From positions 1 through 19,889 of the forward strand of contig JAQGDQ010001941.1 in NCBI GenBank assembly GCA_030141605.1: a stretch of DNA of 19,889 nt, written 5' to 3'. Made by a program: the position numbers and the translations under genes. Every line of letters starts with the position of its first letter. The stretch's first letter is position 1. Below are positions 11,887 through 19,889 of this stretch, piece by piece. Under the pieces are notes generated by a model, which had not been told where the DNA came from, made no database searches, and saw nothing but the letters and a program-made list of their open reading frames with translations. This stretch comes from Tubiluchus corallicola (lineage: Eukaryota; Animalia; Priapulida).

Positions 11887-12364
11887 ACCATAAGTTCCGG
11901 TTTAGAGTAACTCTACCATAAGTTCGGGTTTAGAGTAACTCTACCATAAGTTCCGGTTTAGAGTAACTCTACCATAAGTTCGGGTTTAGTGTAACTCTAC
12001 CATAAGTTCGGGTTTGGAGTAACTCTGCCATAAGTTCGGGTTTAGAGTAACTCTACCATAAGTTCGGGTTTAGTGTAACTCTACCATAAGTTCATGTTTA
12101 GAGTAACTCTACCATAAGTTCGGCTTTAGAGTAACTCTATCATAAGTTCGGGTTTTGAGTAACTCTACCATAAGTTCGGGTTTGAGTAACTCTACCATAA
12201 GTTCGGGTTTAGAGTAACTCTACCACAAGTTCGGGTTTAGAGTAACTCTACCATATGTTCGGGTTTAGAGTAACTCTACCATGAGTTCAGGTTTAGAGTA
12301 ACTCTACCATAAGTTCAGGTTTAGAGTAACTCTATCATAAGTTCGAGTTTAGAGTAACTCTACC
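11887..12364. repeat. 28-bp minisatellite, about 17 copies
   Basis: Unit ACCATAAGTTCGGGTTTAGAGTAACTCT (period 28, 11887 and 11915). Confidence 0.96.
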
Positions 12365-12519
12365 TTTATTGTTTTTCTCACAACATATTTTTTGACTTAA
12401 AGTCCATTATTTGTTCAGTTTTGACCAGGGCCTGTTTCAGTCTAAGCGAGGTCCGGGGAAGTGGGGCGTGTGAGGTCCCTTCGGTGGGCGGGCGCCACCA
12501 TGATTCCTTACCTTAGACC

Positions 12520-15513
12520 TTAGTCCTTCCTGCGCATTGATGCACATTGGGCAGACAGCATTTTCCACTGAGTTCTATCGGCGGCTTCGTTCTCTACGTT
12601 TTCCCAACGTATGTTGACAGCTCGAAGGTCTTCTTTGAAGGATCTGCGCCACGTTGTTTTTGGCCGACCTCTTTTTCGTTTCCCACCAGGTGGTTCCCAC
12701 TGTACTGCTGTTTTGGCGTAACGACTTTCTGATAGACGGAGAATATGTCCAGCCAGTTTCATTCTTCTCTCTGAAACTATATCTTGTAACCGCAATGACT
12801 GCACTCGTTGAAGAACTTCTACATTGGTGACATGGTCGCGGTAGGAGATTTTTAGTATCTTTCGAAGGCATTTTTGGTGGAAGACGTTCAGTTTCTTTGA
12901 TAACTCCGCTGTGACTTTCCAGGTTTCGCTGGCATAGAGAGCCGTTGGCAGCACAATGGCGTTGTACAGACGAAGTTTGATTTTCATGTCAATTTTCTTG
13001 CTTGTCCAGATTTTTCCCATCTTCCTAAATACTGCTGTTGCTTTGCCGATTCTCCCCCTGATGTCATTTTCTGTACCTCCATTACAGGTCATCACACTGC
13101 CCAGATATGAAAAACTGGTAACGTTCTTAACCATTTGGCCTCCCATTGTTATATGTACATCATTCTGTTGGTTTGTCCACACTTTCAAAACTTTGGTCTT
13201 TTCTTGACTAATTCTCAATCCAATTTTTCCCGCTACTTCTTCCATACTTGTGGTCAGTTGTCGCAGGCTTTCTTTTGATGTTTCCAGAAGAGCTATATCG
13301 TCAGCAAAGTCCAGATCTGCCAATCGTTGTTGTTGTTTCCATTGCATTCCTAGATCTTTACCATCAACCGCCTTCTTCATGATGAAATCAATCGTCAGTA
13401 GGAACAGGAATGGCGACATAATGCAACCCTGCTTAACTCCAGTTTCGATGGTGAAATACTCGGTGTTTCCCTCTTGTGTTCTTATACAACAGCCGCTGTT
13501 TTGGTAAAAGTTCTGGATGGTTGAAATGAATTTCTGTGGGATACCATACAGAGAAGCAATTTTCCATAGAGACTACCTGTGAACAGAGTCAAAAGCCTTC
13601 TTGAAATCAATAAAATTGATTAATAAGGGCTGTTGGAATTCCATACATTGCTCAATGATGTTTCTGAGAGTGAATATCTGTTCACAGCATGATCTTCCTT
13701 TTCTAAATCCAGCTTGTTGTTCTCTTAGTCTTATATCAACAGCATCTCTCAACCGATCTAGCAGCACTATACTCAGGACTTTTCCAGGTATTGACATCAG
13801 AGTTATTTCTCTCCAATTATTGCAATCTGTCAGGTTCCCTTTCTTAGGCAACTTCACGATGACTCCATTTCTCCAATCTTCGGGGACCTTTTGTTGTTCC
13901 CAGCAGCTGTTCAGGAGCTTTGTCATTGATCGTGTTATCCCTTTAATACCGTGTTTCAGGAGCTCAGCTGTTATTTGGTCCTCTCCAGCTGCTTTGTTGT
14001 TCTTTAGTTTTTTGATGGCAGTTTCGACTTCCAGTTCACTGATGTTGTCCAATCTTACATCTAGCTGTTGTTGTCCAATTTCATTCTCAAAATTGAATAA
14101 TGTTGTTGGGTTTGGCTGGTTGAGAACTTCCTTGAAGTGTTCCACCCATCGTGCGTTTTGCTGTTCTGTTGTTGTGAGAGTCACACCACTTTTGTTCTTG
14201 ATTGGCACAGCTGGGGTGCCTCCTGTTCCCGTTAGATCTTTAACAATTCTGTAGAGAGTCTTGGTATCATTATGGCTGGCTGCTAACTGTGCTTCTTCAC
14301 CCTTCTTTTCAAACCATTCGTTCTTGTCCCTCCTGCAACGTCTTTTTACTGCTCTATCTGCCAGTTGGTACTGCTCATTGGCTTGACTCCTGCTTTCTGG
14401 TGTTTTTGCTTGGTCTTTCATTTGCTTAGTCTTCTTTCTTTCATCAATTAATTCCCAAGTTTTTTCTTGTATCCACATTTCTTTTCTGTTACCCCTTCTT
14501 CTGCCGATCTGTTCATCTGCAACTGCTGTTACTGCTTCTTTGAATATTTTCCACTGTTCTTCAATATCGTTGGCTTGTAGTAGTGGTTCAAATTTGTTGC
14601 TAAGTGCAAGTTCAAAACTCCTTGCTTTTTGTTGGTCTTTCAGGTTTTCAACCGCAAAAGGTCTAGTGATTTTTGGCTTTTGTATCTTTTTCAGTTTGAG
14701 CTGCACTTTTCCTTGAACTAGGTGGTGGTCAGAGCCCACATCAGCTCCATGACATACTTTCACATCTTTCAGTGCTGATCTCCATCTCTTGCTGATACAG
14801 ATGTAGTCGATTTCGTTCTGTGTATTTCCATCTGGTGACCTCCATGTCTTCTTGTGGATGGTTTTGTGGGCAAAATAAGTATTTCCAATACACAGTCCAT
14901 TTAAATTGCACAACATCAGGAGCCGTTCACCATTGTTGTTTGTTTCTTGAGCTGATCCATGTGGCCCGATTACATGCTCCAATCCGTGTCTGTTGTTGTC
15001 AATCTTTGCATTCATATCACCCATGAGGAGAATGATGTCATGGCTGGGGATGTCATTCAGCACATCTTGACATTGTTGGTAGAAATCATCTTTAACTTGT
15101 TCATCTGTACCTTCAGTTGGTGCGTAAATGCAAACAATAGTTGTTTTCGCATGCCTTGACTGCATTCGGGCAGTTATTATCCTCTCACTGACTGGGTTCC
15201 ATCCTATTAGTGTCTTTGCTGCCTCTTTGTTCAGCATCAGACCAACACCTCTCTGGTGATCCTCCTCTGGTCCTGAATACAGAAAGGTTGTTTCTCCACT
15301 CTTGATGTTTCCGCTTCCTGTCCATCTCACTTCCGTTACGCCTAAGATACTGAGTTGATAGTTGTTGAATTCCCGGATAACTTGGGCCATTTTTCCTGTT
15401 TGGAACATTGTTCTTACATTCCAGGTGCCAATTTTTGTCACCTTTGTGGCACTCAGTATAGAGTTCTTCATCGGATGCTGGGCTTCCTCTCGGCTTTGAC
15501 CTAGCATCGTCAT
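12520..15513 (-). pseudogene. RTE ORF: APE endonuclease plus reverse transcriptase, 997 codons with one premature stop
   Basis: APE motifs GTWNVRT, LGVTEVRW, YAPT, GDMNAK, NEIDYI, GSDHHL. RT motifs KAAGED, LPKKG, QQAGFR, FIDFKKAFDSV, GVKQGCIMSP, LDFADD, FSYLGS. Track ORFs 13573..15513 and 12520..13419 are in the same frame, joined by 51 codons (SLWKIASLYGIPQKF...), and separated by a single TAG at 13573-13575. Confidence 0.95.
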
Positions 15514-15620
15514 AACATGGGTCGAACTTTCTGCTTTGTGCCGATTTGTGTCAGTAGATTTGTTTCTGTCTGTTTCTGTAGCAATTGAGAACTTTTACAG
15601 GATAGGGGTGCTAACCCTAA

Positions 15621-15672
15621 GCCCAACCCTCCTCCTCTCTCAACCGGGCTTGGGACCGGCTATGGCGGAGTT
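15621..15672 (-). ncRNA. Twister self-cleaving ribozyme core at the RTE 5' end
   Basis: Minus strand reads AACUCCGCCAUAGCCGGUCCCAAGCCCGGUUGAGAGAGGAGGAGGGUUGGGC. This fits the twister layout: AA after the cleavage site, P2 CUCC/GGAG, GCC, P4 CCGG/CCGG enclosing UCCCAAGC, and the L1 GAGGG pseudoknot partner. The element starts at the expected cleavage position. Confidence 0.85.
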
Positions 15673-16451
15673 GCCACCATGATTGGCACCCAGAAAATTT
15701 TTGAACTGCTAGAACCCGAGAAAAGCATTTTCGAAGAGAGAATATGGAATTATACAGTTGTTAAAGGAAAGAACAAAGGAATGTTCGCATAGGGTGAGGC
15801 CCCTGGGAAGTATCACCACCCCACCCCCCGAAATAGGCCCTGGTTTTGACACTTGAGAATAACAGCTGTGGCACTAAATGCCTATACTTAAAAATTGTCT
15901 ATTTTCATCTCAGTTTATTCCTGTTTTCAGATTTAAAGTAAATGGCCAACCAAAGTAAGCCTCAGAAAATTGGCAATAAAAAATTATATCACCCAAGTAG
16001 AATCTTAAGCGTTTAATAGTTCTATGTCAAAGTTTGTGAAAACATTTTACGATTAACAACTCGATAATTGTTTAGTAAAATAATCGAGTACTATAGGAGA
16101 ATTGCCCCAACATGAACCCAAACGCTTGGTGGTGAAATTAATAGAAATGATTACCCTGACATGTTAGTAAATTACGAACTCTGTCTTTTTAGTGTTTCCT
16201 GCTTAGTCATTCACACTCACGGAGAACATGTGACCCGAGCTTTAGATTTGAGACATTGACGTTAAATTACCCTAGACCAATTATAATATATTAGCTTTAT
16301 TCCCACACACCGTCACAAAATTATATCACCCAAGAAGAATCTTAAGCGAGTGAAGTACTCACGTTTTCGCATTTACTCCAATTTTTGTAAAATATTTCAA
16401 CCGCTGCAGTAAACGTTGGCGCAGACATGTTTGATTTAGTCCGCCAATTGA

Positions 16452-16893
16452 AAAGCCAGCATGTGACTGATCACGTGGCATGACATCACTCGTACACAGT
16501 CGCAGTGAGTTCTGAGCACGTGTACTATAAAGATTTGTGTTGTGGTTCTGTGACGCCATCTACTGATCACGTGGCATGACATCACTCGTACACAGTCGCA
16601 GTGAGTTCTGAGCACGTGTACTATAAAGATTTGTGTTGTGGTTCTGTGACGCCATCTAATATGGCGCCGCCGTGACAGTCTCGCGGGAGTATTTAAAATG
16701 AAAACAAACAGGAAATTCGTTTAACGTGAGTACGATAAATGCTTAAGATTGCCTCTAACCTTTATAATTCTTTAGGGAAAATTTTCCGAAACTTGCTTTA
16801 ACTAGGCCTTTTCGTGTCCTTTAAAATGGTTAAGTTTTGGTAAACCAACATAGCACAGCTACAAACCAGTTTTAAACTGGAACAAGCAAGAAA
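16452..16893 (+). repeat. Dispersed repeat, copy 2, with an internal 96-bp tandem duplication
   Basis: Homologous to 11172-11518; ACTGATCACGTGG...GACGCCATCT is duplicated at 16466 and 16562. Confidence 0.85.
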
Positions 16894-17193
16894 TTTGGCT
16901 CTCATCATAATTACTCCATGATATTAAACCCACTTTAGACCTTGCAGCGTGCGATAATTTGAACTGAGACAGGCTAATCACGTTGTTACTGGAAACCCAT
17001 GGCTTCCAATGTCCTGTATCACATCTCTGTGTTCACAGAGCAAATCGCTTTATTACAATCTGCTGCCTTGGGGACGCTCTGCTTCTGCTTTATTAGAAAC
17101 CATACAATAACGTGACAAAAACGGCTTTTTAATACGATCGTATTACGTTTTAGAGAGAACGGAGATTGTAGGGAATTTCGCTAAGTATCTCGT

Positions 17194-17799
17194 TGGTCAC
17201 GTGACCACGGTCACTCACCTGTGCAAATCTGTTTCTACCCGGGCAAGTGAGTTAGTTGGTAGACGTTAACAGGCTTCTTTAATAGTAGTTTTTCACAGTA
17301 TGATAGTGACATCATTTGTCAGATATATTGGTAAATACTAGATTTGCTTTATGGAGACATACGATGTAAGTAAATACATCATTTTGTATCATTTTGAATG
17401 AACTGATCACTTTGAACATTTTAGTTTAATGAATGACAATCTTATAAATTCGATAGAACGTGTTACATAGTATAAATTAGTAAAATTACCAAATTAGGTT
17501 TACTTAATGTTTGTGTTTAGTAAAGTCTAGAACTACAGAACTTAATGCAAATTTGTAAAATAGCCTTTTTTATTATTTTTTCAATAGAAATTACGTATAA
17601 AACACTACAATATTTTGTTGAAATATGGCAGACATTGATTGTAGTACAGAGATCTTTTATAAATGTTGTCATAAATGTTTTAATTACTTTCGACATTCGG
17701 TGATTTTCCGGGAAGAATAATGGCGGTTCGATTTAAGATTTGCTTTGCAAACATGCATTACATTAATTTATATTACAATCGCTTTTAACGTCACGTGAC
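17194..17799. promoter_or_regulatory. Possible promoter-like region with two GTCACGTGAC (CLEAR/USF-type E-box) palindromes
   Basis: TGGTCACGTGACCA (17194-17207) and GTCACGTGAC (17790-17799); YY1-like AATGGCGG near 17719; minus-strand CAG|GTGAGT donor near 17220. Motif evidence only. Confidence 0.25.
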
Positions 17800-17925
17800 C
17801 GTGCAGTTTAATTTCTGTTTATGGTTTGTTAACGCTGAGTTGGCTAATTTCTCGAGAGTGTCATTTAGAGTTGCGTTGATTAATTACTTTGTGAGGTTCA
17901 GTAACTGGCTGCAATTGTGACAGGT

Positions 17926-18598
17926 GTTTGTGTCTCTTGAGACAGGTGGCAGTGTTGAGTCAGTTTCTACGCTTTTGTCTCTTGAGACAAGTGGCAGTGT
18001 TGAGTCAGTTAGCAACTCAGTTTCTACGCTTCTGTCTCTTGACACAAGTAGCAGTGTTGAGTCAGTTAGCAAGTCAGTTTCTACGCTTCTGTCTCTTGAC
18101 ACTGGCGGCAGTGTTGAGTCAGTTAGCAAGTCAGTTTCTACGCTTGTGTCTCTTGAGACTGGTGGCAGTGTTGAGTCAGTTAGCAACTCAGTTTCTACGC
18201 TTCTGTCTCTTGACACAAGTGGCAGTGTTGAGTCAGTTAGCAACTCAGTTTCTACGCTTCTGTCTCTTGACACAAGTGGCAGTGTTGAGTCAGTTAGCAA
18301 CTCAGTTTCTACGCTTCTGTCTCTTGACACAAGTGGCAGTGTTGAGTCAGTTAGCAACTCAGTTTCTACGCTTCTGTCTCTTGACACAAGTGGCAGTGTT
18401 GAGTCAGTTAGCAAGTCAGTTTCTACGCTTCTGTCTCTTGACACAAGTGGCAGTGTTGAGTCAGTTAGCAATTCAGTTTCTACGCTTCTGTCTCTTGACA
18501 CAAGTGGCAGTGTTGAGTCAGTTAGCAACTCAGTTTCTACGCTTCTGTCTCTTGACACAAGTGGCAGTGTTGAGTCAGTTAGCAACTCAGTTTCTACG
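17926..18598. repeat. 57-bp minisatellite, about 12 copies, stop-free in several frames
   Basis: Unit GTGTTGAGTCAGTTAGCAACTCAGTTTCTACGCTTCTGTCTCTTGACACAAGTGGCA (19 codons); the first unit is 12 bp shorter. Confidence 0.95.
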
Positions 18599-18625
18599 TT
18601 AATTGCAAAGAAATGAACTAGTGCT

Positions 18626-19320
18626 ATCACCAACACCACTGCCACTGCCAACACCACCACCGCCGCCACCACCACCAACACCACCGACACCACCACCACC
18701 ACCACTGTCACCACCATCACCACCACCACCACTGCCACCACTACCAACTCCACCAATACCACCGCCGCCACCATAGCCACTCCCATTACCACAACCGCTA
18801 CCATCACCAACACCGACACCACCAGCAACACCACCGCCACCACCAACACCAACACCGAAAAGATGAATTTAACTATGTTGCTAACTGCAAAATATTCCAA
18901 TGTATACATGACTTTATATTACGTACTAAACGCTTCCAGTAGTTTCTATCTGATATAAAATGTATCAGTCTTAAATAATCGTACATTAATATTTACTAAC
19001 CGTCATTTTCTACTAATGTCTAATGTATCACTGTAGTAAAACTTTAGTATACTAAAAACTAAGTATAGTCTATTCTTACCGTAAATGTTCTTGTAAATAG
19101 TGTATAAAGTCTGTTGTGGTGAGGATCCTAAATCATGTTGTTCAAACTGCCTGATCCAATCCTAAATAAATTATGTTTAAACTAACTAAATTAACACCAA
19201 CACCACGGCCAACACCACCAAGACTGCCACTGTCGCTAGCACCACCACCACCACCACCGCCACCACCACCATCACCACCACCAACACCACTGACACTGCC
19301 AACACCCCCGCCGCCGCCAT
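18626..19320. repeat. (CAC/CAA)n low-complexity tract split by a LINE insertion
   Basis: C/A-rich trinucleotide tract at 18626-18856 resumes at 19193-19320. Confidence 0.85.
18857..19192 (+). mobile_element. 5'-truncated LINE 3' end, copy 2 (same family as 715-1498)
   Basis: Encodes KDEFNYVANCKIFQCIHDFILRTKRFQ* and a 3' UTR homologous to 880-1500. Candidate 12-bp TSD AACACCAACACC (18845-18856 and 19193-19204), in a low-complexity context. Confidence 0.82.
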
Positions 19321-19795
19321 GCGATAAAACAGGTTTCTTATACACATACTTGCGCAATAGAACTACAGAAGTAATTGTGTACTCTTTCTTTAAGCACTTC
19401 GTACAGCTTTTTACACTGAGCAAATTGTAATCTGCTTTTGAAATGAAGTTCCGACAGTTTAGTTTGTTAACAACTCACTGAGTCACAGGTACTCAGCACT
19501 CAACACTCAAAACCACAATAACACAGAAAATGCCACCGACAAACAGTTAAACATTTTGAGCTGATTAAAATTTCATTTTCATCTTCGAGACAGATGGTTA
19601 TTATTAACTGAAACTGCTGTTTTACAACTGTATAAAATGGTTTTAATGCAGAACATAAACATCAAATAGAATTAAGGCTTGAATAAATGTAGTAAGAGGA
19701 AGCAGAGTAAACATAAACCTGCCAATTACCAGAAAGCAAAATAAAACGAATCCAGGTATCAAAGTCACAGGAAAAAATCAGAGAAAAAATAAGTG

Positions 19796-19889
19796 TAACC
19801 CAAACCACCCAACCCAAACCACCTAACCCAAACCCCCTAACCCAAACCACCTAACCCAAACCACCTATCCCTAACCACCTAACCCTAAC
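19796..19889. repeat. 14-bp tandem repeat (TAACCCAAACCACC)n, telomere-like, running off the window
   Basis: About 6.5 degenerate units containing TAACCC. Confidence 0.85.

Larger units (their letters stand above)
12506..15672 (-). mobile_element. Full-length RTE-clade non-LTR retrotransposon (3167 bp)
   Basis: 12-bp TSD GCCACCATGATT (12494-12505 and 15673-15684). Single APE-RT ORF, ~160-nt 5' UTR, and a very short 3' end with a (TAAGG)-type tandem tail (TAA GGTCTAAGGTAAGG), all typical of RTE elements. Confidence 0.95.
12426..15842. mobile_element. hAT-type MITE (about 240 bp when reconstructed) interrupted by the RTE LINE
   Basis: TIRs CAGGGCCTGTTTC (12426-12438) and GAAATAGGCCCTG (15830-15842), 12/13 match. 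Perfect 8-bp TSD GTTTTGAC (12418-12425 and 15843-15850). Halves are 12426-12505 and 15673-15842. Confidence 0.88.

Noticed and set aside
13573-13575. Programmed stop-codon readthrough in the RTE ORF
   Set aside because: It falls inside the conserved RT domain and is one substitution from GAG; a copy-specific nonsense mutation is simpler unless the family consensus shares it.
12547-15159. Plus-strand and alternative-frame ORFs overlapping the RTE ORF
   Set aside because: Shadow ORFs of a long coding sequence with no recognisable motifs.
11172-16893. LTR retrotransposon (direct repeats flanking an RT gene)
   Set aside because: The RT is a non-LTR RTE with its own TSD inside a MITE. The repeats lack clean TG...CA boundaries, PBS, PPT and a flanking TSD, and there is no gag or integrase.
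19796-19889. True telomere
   Set aside because: Period is 14 bp and degenerate rather than pure (TAACCC)n; it is truncated by the window so cannot be assessed further.

Overview
AT-rich, repeat-dense eukaryotic (probably invertebrate) intronic or intergenic DNA. No host protein-coding gene can be supported; most ORFs in the track are microsatellite artefacts. The main feature is a full-length RTE-clade LINE on the minus strand (12506-15672, 12-bp TSD GCCACCATGATT). Its 997-codon APE+RT ORF is broken only by one in-frame TAG. Its 5' end is a twister-ribozyme core that starts exactly at the expected self-cleavage site. The LINE sits inside a hAT-type MITE (8-bp TSD). Also present: a second hAT MITE (5574-5975); a 245-bp TSD-flanked bipartite RTE-derived retroposon with a predicted H-type pseudoknot (8304-8548); two 5'-truncated copies of another LINE family (715-1498, 18857-19192); a decayed RTE-X-like fragment (275-608, minus); a dispersed ~345-bp repeat in two copies; several minisatellites (74, 37, 19, 34, 28, 57 bp units); and long compound microsatellites. 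Family assignments rest on motif recognition from memory, not on database searches.
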